Both the position numbers and the translations under genes were made by a program. The notes under the pieces are model-generated. The model was not told where the DNA came from. It made no database searches and saw nothing but the letters and a program-made list of their open reading frames with translations. A DNA stretch of 64,000 nt from Alphaproteobacteria bacterium (lineage in GTDB: Bacteria; Pseudomonadota; Alphaproteobacteria; JBFXJJ01), in contig JBFXJJ010000001.1 in assembly GCA_050175015.1 (NCBI GenBank), positions 248,336 to 312,335 of the forward strand, read 5' to 3'. How positions within the stretch are numbered: position 1 is the first letter of the stretch; each line of letters begins with the position of its first letter. Shown piece by piece: positions 10,707 to 20,526 of this stretch.

Positions 10707-11837
10707 CTATATAAAATGATTTATGATACTACTAATATCGTCAATAGACGCCTCGGCATAGGTAAAAGCGTTTCCTATGTTTTTTAATAATACCAGATTA
10801 ATTTTGCCGTCTTTATTTTTCTTATCTCTTTCCATAAAGTCAATAATTTGAGAAGCTGTTACTTTTTCAAAGTATGGAATATCTGATATTTTAGTAAATA
10901 ATTCCAGCTCATCAAAATGTTGTTTTATTTCATCAAACGTTCCCTTAGGAGCAAACCCCAGTTTTTCTGAAAGCATAGTTGCCATAAGCATACCAATACC
11001 GACGGCTTCTCCGTGAAGAAGTTTTTTATCATTAAAATCAACAATTCCTTCAAGAGCGTGTCCAAAGCTGTGCCCAAAATTTAAAAGAGCTCTAATGTTA
11101 TTTTCTTTTTCATCTTTTGCAACAATTTTAGCTTTAATTTTACAACTTTCTAAAACAGCATATTGGAGTTTTTCTTTGTTTAAACGAGTGATTTGTTTGC
11201 CGTTTTCTTTCAAGTATTTCCAAAAAGCTTTATTTTGAATTAAACCATATTTTGCCATTTCGGCATAACCTGATTTAATCTGCCTCTTATCAAGGGTTTT
11301 AAGCGATGCTAAATCGGCAATAACCATTTTAGGTTGATAGAATGAACCAATCAAATTCTTGCCAAACTCAGCATTAATAGCAGTTTTGCCGCCAACAGAG
11401 CTGTCAACTTGTGATAATAATGTGGTTGGGATTTGAACAAAATCAATACCTCTTAGGATAATCGACGCCGTAAAACCAGCTAAATCACCGATTACTCCTC
11501 CGCCGAGTGCTAGTATAATAGACGATCTATTGATTCTTCCGCCTAAAAGGGTTTCGCAAATTTTTTCCAGCCAGAAAAAGCTTTTAATTTTTTCTCCAGA
11601 AGGAAGAATAAAACTTGCATATTCAATCCCTGATTTTTCTAATGATTTTTCTAAAACATCAAGATAAATAGGAGCGACTCTTTCATCAGAAATAATGAAA
11701 GTTTTTCTTTTACCGATAATAGGTTTAAGTAAGTCTCCGGTTTTTTTTAGAAGGTTGTGCCCGATTTTGATGTCATAGGAGTCTTTTTTTAAGTTTACTC
11801 TTGTTTCAACTATGTTTTTATCCAACGTCTTATCCAT
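10707..11837 (-). CDS. aroB: 3-dehydroquinate synthase
   Basis: GGGVIGD, VDSSVGGKT, LNFGHSFGHALE, HGEAV. Confidence 0.97.
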   Translation of the reverse strand: MDKTLDKNIVETRVNLKKDSYDIKIGHNLLKKTGDLLKPIIGKRKTFIISDERVAPIYLDVLEKSLEKSGIEYASFILPSGEKIKSFFWLEKICETLLGGRINRSSIILALGGGVIGDLAGFTASIILRGIDFVQIPTTLLSQVDSSVGGKTAINAEFGKNLIGSFYQPKMVIADLASLKTLDKRQIKSGYAEMAKYGLIQNKAFWKYLKENGKQITRLNKEKLQYAVLESCKIKAKIVAKDEKENNIRALLNFGHSFGHALEGIVDFNDKKLLHGEAVGIGMLMATMLSEKLGFAPKGTFDEIKQHFDELELFTKISDIPYFEKVTASQIIDFMERDKKNKDGKINLVLLKNIGNAFTYAEASIDDISSIINHFI

Positions 11838-12375
11838 TCTTTAAATATTTTTCTATTGCCTCAACAGTTCTTTTGAGAGTTTTACTAACATTTTCGTCCT
11901 TGGTTTCAACTGTTATATCAGCTTCAGCATAGATATGATATCTATCATCAATAAATTTTTGAAGTTTTTCTTTCAAATTTTCTCCTAAAAGAAGAGGACG
12001 CCTTTTTTTTCCTTTGGTTCTTTTTTCTAAAACATCTAAATCAGCTTTAAGCCATATAGTAATAGCTTTTTCCTTAGCCTTAGCTCTAATATCCTCGGGA
12101 AGGTAGGCTCCTCCCCCAGAGGCAATGACACAAGGTGCTCTGTCAAGCAGGCGGGTCATAACTTTTTTTTCGCCGTTTCTAAATTCAGCTTCGCCATAAA
12201 AATGAAAAATATCAGAAATTGAGCAGCCAGCAGAAGTTTCAACTTCATTGTCGCCGTCAACAAAGGGCAAATTAAAATATTTTGCCAGTCTTTTCCCAAC
12301 ACTTGTTTTGCCGCAGCCCATAAGACCAACCAGCAGAATAATTTTAGGTACTTCGAAATCAGCTTTTTCTATCAT
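11830..12375 (-). CDS. aroK: Shikimate kinase
   Basis: GLMGCGKTSVG, GEAEFR, SGGG, RPLL. Confidence 0.96.
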   Translation of the reverse strand: MIEKADFEVPKIILLVGLMGCGKTSVGKRLAKYFNLPFVDGDNEVETSAGCSISDIFHFYGEAEFRNGEKKVMTRLLDRAPCVIASGGGAYLPEDIRAKAKEKAITIWLKADLDVLEKRTKGKKRRPLLLGENLKEKLQKFIDDRYHIYAEADITVETKDENVSKTLKRTVEAIEKYLKNG

Positions 12376-12502
12376 TGGCTTCTAATTAAATTGTTTTTTT
12401 TGCAAACAGAATATACATTGTATTTATAAAATATGGTATCTTTATATAATATTTTCATAAATGTTTAACATTAGATAAATTTTTTAAGGAGCAATAAACC
12501 TT

Positions 12503-12643
12503 ATGAAAAGAAATTCATCAAATCTCATTTGGCTGCCAATTGTTGCAATTTTAGGGGTATTTTTAGTGGTTTCAGTTTTTGTAGCAAATGCTAAGCCCCC
12601 TGTTAAAAATGTTGAAGTTGTAATTCCTAATGACAAGCTCTAA
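12503..12643 (+). CDS. 46 aa single-pass small membrane protein (below ORF-track cut-off)
   Basis: AAGGAG RBS at 12486; MKRNSSNLIWLPIVAILGVFLVVSVFVANAKPPVKNVEVVIPNDKL; overlaps the start of the next gene. Confidence 0.8.
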   Translation: MKRNSSNLIWLPIVAILGVFLVVSVFVANAKPPVKNVEVVIPNDKL

Positions 12644-14240
12644 AATTAAACAAATTTTTTTCAAATTAATTTTTTTGGCAGCATTTAAAAGCTTTTCTGC
12701 GGTTGCAGCGCCAATTTCCTTAATTCCTGATGATTCGGCAATTGTAGAACTGCCAGCCATTCAAATTGGAACAGTTGTTAAAGACGTAAACTCCAATTCG
12801 AATGGAATTACGGTTATTGGTTTAGATGATATTAACATTAACAATACGGGCTTTTCTTATGATGACCAAGAAGGCTATGCCTTTGATGTTTGGCAAGGTG
12901 CTGACAATAAAACTTTGAGCAATGTTCTTGACCATTTAGATACTGGTTTTAAGTTTAATGTTTTTTATGACATTGTAAAAAAACTTTTAACGGTATCTGC
13001 TAAGCCTCCTCTTAATGCGGACAACTTTTTATATTACAGGTTAAAAACTTTAGTAAAGCTAGGAATGACTAGTGAATCTTTAAAGTTAATAAAAATGGCG
13101 GGATTAAAGAATTTTGATAATATCATCAAACCCAAAATCGATGGCTTATATCTTTTATTACTATTAATAGAAGATACTAAAATCTGTGATAATTTTAAGT
13201 CGCTTGGTGATAATTTGGATAACATTACTAAGCAAAAAATAGAAGCCGTTTGTTACTTAAATCAAAATCAAAACGATAAAGCTTTGCTCAAGGTAAATCT
13301 CTTAAGAGACAGCGGCTATAGTGATAATGATTTTTATAATTTAATTGAATATATAACAGGCGCATCATTATCCAAACCAGATATGGCAACGATAGTTGTA
13401 TCTCCACTTAATATTATTGCGGCTTTAAATAATAAGGAACTAGCTAATCTCTTGCCTGAAGAGACGGATAATATATGGTATTATAAAGTTTTGGCTTTAA
13501 ACAATAGAACACCGGCGTCGAAAAGAATCAAAGCTGCAGAAAAAGCATTAAGCCTTGGTATTATCAAAAATGATATTGTTGAAAAAGCTTATTTTGATGC
13601 CGAATTTAAGCCCAAAGAATTAGAAAAGGCTTTAAGTATTGCCGCTAAAATTTCTCCCCATATGGGAAGAGCTATTTTGTACCAAAGTATTATAAACCGC
13701 AAGAGCAGTGCAGAACAAATTGAAATTATAGCTAAAGCATTCAGCCTAGAGAAATCTCGGGAATCTTTGGTGATTAATGCTTCAGTTTATAACCCGATTA
13801 TTAACGAATTAGTTTTCTCCAAAAATATTTCGTGGTTTTATAACTATGCTGCTTGTTCTATGGTTTATTCTAATTCCTTAAATAGAATCAATGAAGTCCT
13901 AGACACGGTTGCAATTATTAAGACTAAAAAAACAGCTCTTGCAATGGTCTTAAGTCGCTTTTTTAATATATCTTATAATCAAAGTGCCGATTATGAACAA
14001 ATTGAACCATTTACTTGTGTAGCTTTAAATGGCGAGGTTTTAAGTGGTATGGAGCATAAAAATAGCGGAGAAACGTTGTTGATTTTGGCATCAGTTTTAA
14101 AGACAACTGAGCCAGCAAAAATTTGTCCCCACACGTTGGAAAAAATACTAAACCTTTTAAAACGCAAGGGATTTAAAAAAGAGGCAGAAAACATAGCGTA
14201 TCAAGCTCTTATCGAAAGCTATAATATCTTAAACTATTAA
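12630..14240 (+). CDS. Exported helical hypothetical protein upstream of xerD
   Basis: Signal peptide (..SFSAVAA), DVWQG motif, similar to the protein found before xerD in alphaproteobacteria. Confidence 0.75.
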   Translation: MTSSKIKQIFFKLIFLAAFKSFSAVAAPISLIPDDSAIVELPAIQIGTVVKDVNSNSNGITVIGLDDININNTGFSYDDQEGYAFDVWQGADNKTLSNVLDHLDTGFKFNVFYDIVKKLLTVSAKPPLNADNFLYYRLKTLVKLGMTSESLKLIKMAGLKNFDNIIKPKIDGLYLLLLLIEDTKICDNFKSLGDNLDNITKQKIEAVCYLNQNQNDKALLKVNLLRDSGYSDNDFYNLIEYITGASLSKPDMATIVVSPLNIIAALNNKELANLLPEETDNIWYYKVLALNNRTPASKRIKAAEKALSLGIIKNDIVEKAYFDAEFKPKELEKALSIAAKISPHMGRAILYQSIINRKSSAEQIEIIAKAFSLEKSRESLVINASVYNPIINELVFSKNISWFYNYAACSMVYSNSLNRINEVLDTVAIIKTKKTALAMVLSRFFNISYNQSADYEQIEPFTCVALNGEVLSGMEHKNSGETLLILASVLKTTEPAKICPHTLEKILNLLKRKGFKKEAENIAYQALIESYNILNY

Positions 14241-14255
14241 ATTTAAGGTTTTTTT

Positions 14256-15161
14256 ATGGATAATGCTGTTCTTATCGAATCCTTTTTGGAAATGATTATT
14301 GCTGAAGGCGGAGCATCTGCTAATACCGTTGCTGCATATAAAAATGATCTAATTTCTTTGAGTTTGTGTCTTGAAGAAAAAGGCAGTGATTTAAAAAATG
14401 CCAAGGAAAAGGATTTAAGGGATTTTTTAGCACAGTTATCTAAAAATGGGTTTGCTAAGAAAAGCCAAAGCCGAAAAATTTCAGCTCTAAAAATGTTCTA
14501 TCGTTTTTTGTTTACTGAAGAAATTATCAAAATCAATCCGAGTGAAAATTTAGATAGTCCAAAGACAGGGAAATCATTGCCTAAATACTTGTCAGAAGAT
14601 GAAATAAAACTTTTAATTAAAGCCGCGGGAATGATAAAGGGCAAAAGAGGTCTTAAAATAAAAGCCTTAATAGAGTTGTTATATTCAACAGGTTTGCGAG
14701 TATCCGAGTTGGTGGGATTGCCAATTTCGGCGGTAGCTCGAAATCCAGAATTTATTATTGTAAGAGGTAAGGGCAGTAAGGAGCGGCTGGTTCCTTTAAG
14801 TACTTATGCCAAAGATGCAGTTAATGCTTGGCTTCAAACTAGATCGGAGCAAAAAGGGAAGAAAATTATATCAAAATGGCTTTTTCCATCGGACTCTAAG
14901 TTAGGACATCTAACAAGAGATGGTTTTTTTAAAATAATGAAAGAGCTGGCGTTAAATGCTGGAATTAATCCTGAAAGAGTTTCTCCTCACGTAATCAGAC
15001 ATTCTTTTGCCAGCCATTTAGTAGCCCACGATGCCGATTTAAGAACCGTGCAGAAGATGCTTGGGCATTCTGATATTGCAACTACAGAAATTTATACCCA
15101 CCTACTTGATGAAAAATTGACCTCTATAGTTAGCAATTTTCACCCATTAAGCCGAAAATAG
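14256..15161 (+). CDS. xerD: Tyrosine recombinase XerD
   Basis: LYSTGLRVSEL, GKGSKER, HVIRHSFASH, LGHSDIATTEIY; aroK-divergent context. Confidence 0.93.
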   Translation: MDNAVLIESFLEMIIAEGGASANTVAAYKNDLISLSLCLEEKGSDLKNAKEKDLRDFLAQLSKNGFAKKSQSRKISALKMFYRFLFTEEIIKINPSENLDSPKTGKSLPKYLSEDEIKLLIKAAGMIKGKRGLKIKALIELLYSTGLRVSELVGLPISAVARNPEFIIVRGKGSKERLVPLSTYAKDAVNAWLQTRSEQKGKKIISKWLFPSDSKLGHLTRDGFFKIMKELALNAGINPERVSPHVIRHSFASHLVAHDADLRTVQKMLGHSDIATTEIYTHLLDEKLTSIVSNFHPLSRK

Positions 15162-15216
15162 TTTTTAAATTAATTTACCTAAGCCAAGATATGGCTCTAA
15201 TCGTATTAAATTTGAT

Positions 15217-15247
15217 ATCTATTTGCTTTTAGTCAAAGCAAATAGAT
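15217..15247. terminator. Hairpin between convergent xerD and integrase
   Basis: Perfect 13-bp stem ATCTATTTGCTTT/AAAGCAAATAGAT, 5-nt loop. Confidence 0.6.
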
Positions 15248-15402
15248 TTGTCTTTATATAAAATAGCTAACTACATAGCTAAAACAATTTAAAACAGGGA
15301 AATAAAATGTTCTATCTAGCTTGTTTTGTTAGCTATTTTTTCAAAATTCATCATCAAGATACTTTGACCTTGTTGCAAATTTAATTAGAAAATATTTTAA
15401 AA

Positions 15403-16677
15403 CTATTTTGCCTTTCTTAATTCATAAATATTATTCATAGGATCTCTTTCACCACTAAGAGCTTTTTCAATCCGTAGAGAAATCTTATCAGCAGCACTTA
15501 TCAGGCTTGAATCGACATTATGACTATAACGATTCGTTACTCCGCCTAAATTGTGTCCTAAAAGACCGGCAATGGTAAGCTCAATAAAGCCCATATCTGC
15601 TCCTAAGCTTGCAAAGCTGTGTCTTAAAGTGTGAATTGAAATTTCAGGTTTTAAAAATGCCTTTCCTGTTTTTGGGTCTTTCTGTCGGCAGATCCGTTTA
15701 AAAATTTTTGAAATTCCCTTAAAATTGCAATCACTTACATGAGAAGGAAAAACCCAAACAGGGTGAGATTTTTTCTTAAGTTCTTGAAGCAAATGCAATG
15801 CGCCTTGACCAAAACATCTGGTTTGTTTCCCTGTTTTGGTATCAGGAAATCTGAAACACTTGTTTTTCAAGTCCACATATTCCCATTTTAAGGTTAGAAT
15901 TTCATTTTTACGGCAACCAGTTAGCAGTAGTAATTTTATGGCATTAATAGCAATTTTATTAATTCCTTGCTTTTCTGCTAATAATAAAGCACGGCTTAAG
16001 GCTTCAATATCACCAAAGTTTAAAAAGAAGTCTTTTTTATTATCGGAATACTTCTTTACACCCCGAGAAGGGTTATGTTCAATGATATCTCGTCTTCTAG
16101 CAAATTCTAAAATACTGCCAAACATACCAACGGTTCGACTGGCAACAGTTTTGCCGCCCCTGACCTTAATAAAGCTGCGTAGTTTTTTGCCGCGCCTCTT
16201 AAATGCTGTTTTGCCTTGAGCAATATCAACCATCATTTTTTCGATAACAGCTGTTGTTAGGCTATTTACAGGCATATTTCCAATGAGGGGCTTAATATGG
16301 CGTTCGATTCTGCTAATGTCCATTTTAATGGTTGAGATTTTTTTGTTCTCACAACCTTCTCTAATATATAAGTCGCAAAGCTCACTTACTTTTAAATATT
16401 TCTTTTTGTCAGCTTTCTCAACAGCAGGATCTCGACCCATAATCACTTCTGCCAGACGTTTTTTAGCAATTTTTCTGGCCTCAGTCGCATTTAACTTGTC
16501 GGTATGACCTAAAGTTAATTTTCTTATAATTCCTTCAGCATTGCGATACATCACAATCCAAGATTTCGTATGTTTCCTAACCCTTAATCCAAAACCTTTA
16601 ACTCTATCGTCCCAATACGTTTTTTCTTTTTCGTGATAAGGCACCTGCTTAACGAACCCTTTTGTTAATTTTGTCAT
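15403..16677 (-). mobile_element. Phage/island-type tyrosine integrase with N-terminal arm-binding domain; solitary
   Basis: YWDDRVKGFGLRV arm domain; catalytic TGCRKNE, TKTG, HTLRH, LLGH, NRY all present; AGGAG RBS. Confidence 0.9.
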
Positions 16678-16710
16678 GGCGGCAACTCCTTAAAATTGCT
16701 CCAATTTATT

Positions 16711-16867
16711 TTGGGTAGCGTGTTGGGTAACACCTCATAAAACAATTATATCAGTTTTTTTAGAATGAATCAAATCTTAACTAAAAAGTAAGATTCAGTA
16801 TTTATAATACATTAGGAGTTTTATGCGTGATATAAACAGGGTAATTTTGGGGTAACAAATGGGTAGC
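16711..16867. repeat. Five GGGTA(A/G)(C/T) direct repeats in two clusters flanking an inverted repeat; putative integrase arm and core sites
   Basis: Repeats at ~16713, 16725, 16839, 16850, 16861 (11-12 bp spacing); AATCTTA-N9-TAAGATT at 16773-16795. Confidence 0.55.
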
Positions 16868-17211
16868 AAATTTCATAAAAATTTAATCAATTTGTAAAAA
16901 TAATAAACCACATCTCTTCTTAAAAAATGACGTTTTCTAATGAATTTGAATAAAATTTTATTTAAATTTAAATCTATTTTAATTAGATTTAAAAATAAAA
17001 AAGGTTATGCTCGATGTTGTTTTGTCATTGAATATAAACTATTTTTTTAGGTGTTAAAACTAGCTGGGGTTAGCATAAAAAGAACAAAGAAGGAATATTG
17101 TTTAATTAATTTTTGTCCACTGTAGTCTAAAAAGCAATTGTTTGACATTAAAATCATAGTTTTTAAAAAATGTTATTTTATTTTATGGTTATCTCATTAT
17201 AATCCGTAGGA

Positions 17212-18330
17212 ATGAATGAAATAAGTAGATATATCAATAAACAACTTTTTGTAGGACTGCTCTTAGTAACAACAACACTTTTAGCAATCGTTTGGCTTAC
17301 GCAATCCTTGAGATTTATAGACTTCATCCTGAGTAAAGGACTTTCAATAACCATTTTTTTAAAACTTACTCTTTTGCTTATTCCTAATTTTTTGGTTATT
17401 ATTCTGCCGATAGCTTTGTTTGGAGTAACACTTTTTACATACAATCGTATGATGATGGATAGAGAGATAGTTGTAATGTATGCGGCAGGTATAAGCCGCT
17501 TAGATTTAGCTAAGCCTGCTATTTTATTTGGCTTTGCGGCTATGCTGGCGTCACTTTTTCTTTCTATAGGTTATGTTCCCAAATCAGTTAAGCAATTTAG
17601 GGAACTTCAATGGAGCATTCGTCACGATGTTTCCCATATTATTTTCCAAGAAGGCGAGTTTATCAACATTGCAAGCGGTGTTACAATTTATATTAAAGAA
17701 AAACTGGCTGATGGTTCTTTAGCTGGAATAATGGTAAATGATGAGCGCAACCCTGATGTTAGAGTAACAATGACAGCAGAAAGAGCAATGATAATTCTTG
17801 GCGAAGGCAACCCTAAAATCAGTATGGTTAATGGCAGCCGCCAAGAAGTTAAAGTAAGTAATGGACAGTTTTCTATAATGTATTTTGATAGTTACAATAT
17901 GGATTTAGGATTTTTTGATGAAAACCAAGAAATAAGATATATTGATGCTAAAGAACGTCCTTTATGGGAACTCCTGACTTTCAAGGGAGAAGAGAATATT
18001 CCAGAGAGAGATATTAAAAAATTTATTGTTGAAGGACATAAAAGAATTATTTCCCCCATTTATAATTTGACCTTTTTAATAATAGCTGTTGCTGGTCTTC
18101 TGTGCAGTAAATTTGATAGAAAAGGGCAGACTCGGGAAGTTTTGATAACATCTGGGGCAATGATTTTTGTTTTGAGCTTGTCTCTTGCTCTAGAAAATAT
18201 GGCAACAAAACATTTGTTTGTCATTGCCTTTATGTATATTAATGCTTTAGTCCCGATTGCTCTGGGGCTATATTTCTTATCTCAAAATACTGCAAGAATA
18301 CCAAAAAGAGAAATGCCAGACCAAATATGA
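17212..18330 (+). CDS. lptF: LPS export ABC transporter permease LptF
   Basis: VWLTQSLRFID, DREIVVMYAAGIS, E-G-H-K-R before the last TM block. Confidence 0.9.
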   Translation: MNEISRYINKQLFVGLLLVTTTLLAIVWLTQSLRFIDFILSKGLSITIFLKLTLLLIPNFLVIILPIALFGVTLFTYNRMMMDREIVVMYAAGISRLDLAKPAILFGFAAMLASLFLSIGYVPKSVKQFRELQWSIRHDVSHIIFQEGEFINIASGVTIYIKEKLADGSLAGIMVNDERNPDVRVTMTAERAMIILGEGNPKISMVNGSRQEVKVSNGQFSIMYFDSYNMDLGFFDENQEIRYIDAKERPLWELLTFKGEENIPERDIKKFIVEGHKRIISPIYNLTFLIIAVAGLLCSKFDRKGQTREVLITSGAMIFVLSLSLALENMATKHLFVIAFMYINALVPIALGLYFLSQNTARIPKREMPDQI

Positions 18331-20522
18331 TAAAGCAGAAAAGAAACACCGCAAATATTTTTAAAAATACGCTTAAGGGGAGTATTTCTCTGTTTGCACT
18401 TTCTTGTTTTATGGTGTCATTTTCAACTAAAGCTGAGGCCAAAATAGATGATGAAATTAATAAACGGCAGAACGAGTTTAATCAGTCGATAGATTTTATG
18501 GCCGATGAGTTGGTACACGATAGAGTAAACAGCCTTATTTCGGCAAAAGGACACGTAGAAATAAACAGCGGTAAAAGTGTTTTAAAAGCAGATAATATTA
18601 CATTTTATCAACGTGATAATCTGGTAAAGGCGTCTGGAAATATCATTCTTTTGGAAGAAACAGGCAATGTTATTTTCGCTGACTATTTAGAGCTTAAGGG
18701 CGATCTTAAAGATGGTTTTATTGATAACATTAAAATTATTATGAGCGATCATTCTCGTCTAGCAGCCAAGAAAATAGCCCGCAGCGATAAAAAAAATGTT
18801 TTGGAATACGGCGTTTTTACTCCGTGTGATATTTGCGCTGAAAATCCTGAAAAGCCCCCAGTTTGGCAGATAAAAGCTATTAGAGTGATTTATGATGAAG
18901 ATAATCAAAAGGTTTCTTATCGTAATGCGTGGCTTGAATTAGGAAGCGTTCCTGTTTTTTATACTCCTTATTTTTCGCACCCAAGTCCAGAAGTTAAAAG
19001 AAGAAGCGGGTTTTTAGCCCCTAAAATAGGAAATCGTAAAAACATTGGAGAGTCTTTTCAAATTCCTTATTTTTATGATATTTCACCGCAGGAAGATTTA
19101 ACATTTACACCGATGTTTACTACTAAGGAAAATATTGTTTTAAAAGCCAATCATCGCAAAATGTATGATGAGGCAGAAAGCGATATCAGCGGGAGTTTAA
19201 CGCAAGATTCCAATAATGATATAAAAGGCAATATCGACCTTTATGCTCGTAAAGAACTAAACGATTATTATGTTGTGGAAGCAAACGTCGCTAGGGCATC
19301 TGACGATACCTATTTAAAGCGCTATGGATTTAAGGGTGAAGACAAACTTTGGCTTGAGAGCAGTTTGAATTTAGAAGGTTTTGACGGCAGAAGTTATGTC
19401 AATTCCAAGGCTTTTACATTCCAAGATATGCGCAGCAATATTATTAATAATAATACCCCTGTGGTTTTAGAGCCGTTAAATTTTAATTTGATAAATGACC
19501 CTGAAAAATATGGGTCTTATACTTCTTTGACAGGAAGTTCAATGATTCTTGATCGGCAGAAAGGTGTTAAATCAAGAAGAGTGAGCCTTATTGCAGGGTG
19601 GCATTTGCCTTATACAAGCCCTTACGGCGATATTTATCAGTTGTCCGCATCATTGCGAGGTGATGGTTACCACGTTGAAAATGTTGCTATCAGTGATACT
19701 GAAGAATACAGCGGTTTTGTTTCAAGAGTTTTCCCTGAACTTGCTATGGAATGGCGTTATCCATTTGTTAAAAGAGAAGAAGCTTCACATCAAGTTTTAG
19801 AGCCTATTGTCGTTGGTGTTATTTCTCCTAATAATGTTAACAATATTAAAATACCTAATGAAGACAGCCGAGATATTGAACTTGATGATACTAATATTTT
19901 AGAATCAAATCATTTTATTGGTTATGACCGCGTTGAAAGCGGGGCTAGAGTTAATTACGGCCTGCGGTGGAGTGCTTATGGTGAAACAACAGGACAGGCA
20001 TCAGGATTTTTAGGTCAAAGTTATCGTTTTACTAAGGATAATTACTTCCCTGAAGAATCAGGCATTAACAAGCATTTTAGTGATTACGTCGGTAAATTTA
20101 AGGCAAGTCCTAATGACTTTTTTGATATGAGTTATAGTTTCCGATTAGATCAAAATACATTTGATGCAAGGCGTCACGAATTTGCTATGAGTGCAGGAAC
20201 GCCGGCATTTAAAGTAAGCCCCGATTATACTTATATTAATTCTTCAGAATTTTCTGATTTAAAAGATCGTAAAGAAATAGGTTTAAAACTTAATTCAGAG
20301 CTATCAAGATATTGGAATGCCGAAGCTTATCATCGTTATGATTTGACTAAAGACGGCGGTACTTTAGAATATGGTGTCAGCTTGATATATGACGACGAAT
20401 GTTTTACTGTTGATACGAGTGTTGAACGTGATTATACCTCAGACCAAGACTATGAAGGCGGTTTTAGTATCGGTATAACTTTTTATTTTAAACCTTTTGG
20501 TAAAGTGCAGACAGGACAATAA
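18327..20522 (+). CDS. lptD: LPS assembly protein LptD
   Basis: OstA-like N-terminus, FTPC..C, PVFYTPY, RRSGFL, YDDECF. Confidence 0.95.
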   Translation: MIKQKRNTANIFKNTLKGSISLFALSCFMVSFSTKAEAKIDDEINKRQNEFNQSIDFMADELVHDRVNSLISAKGHVEINSGKSVLKADNITFYQRDNLVKASGNIILLEETGNVIFADYLELKGDLKDGFIDNIKIIMSDHSRLAAKKIARSDKKNVLEYGVFTPCDICAENPEKPPVWQIKAIRVIYDEDNQKVSYRNAWLELGSVPVFYTPYFSHPSPEVKRRSGFLAPKIGNRKNIGESFQIPYFYDISPQEDLTFTPMFTTKENIVLKANHRKMYDEAESDISGSLTQDSNNDIKGNIDLYARKELNDYYVVEANVARASDDTYLKRYGFKGEDKLWLESSLNLEGFDGRSYVNSKAFTFQDMRSNIINNNTPVVLEPLNFNLINDPEKYGSYTSLTGSSMILDRQKGVKSRRVSLIAGWHLPYTSPYGDIYQLSASLRGDGYHVENVAISDTEEYSGFVSRVFPELAMEWRYPFVKREEASHQVLEPIVVGVISPNNVNNIKIPNEDSRDIELDDTNILESNHFIGYDRVESGARVNYGLRWSAYGETTGQASGFLGQSYRFTKDNYFPEESGINKHFSDYVGKFKASPNDFFDMSYSFRLDQNTFDARRHEFAMSAGTPAFKVSPDYTYINSSEFSDLKDRKEIGLKLNSELSRYWNAEAYHRYDLTKDGGTLEYGVSLIYDDECFTVDTSVERDYTSDQDYEGGFSIGITFYFKPFGKVQTGQ

Positions 20523-20526
20523 CCTT

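Noticed and set aside
16868-17211. tRNA or tmRNA integration target next to the integrase
   Set aside because: No cloverleaf, T-loop or CCA-ending remnant visible on either strand.
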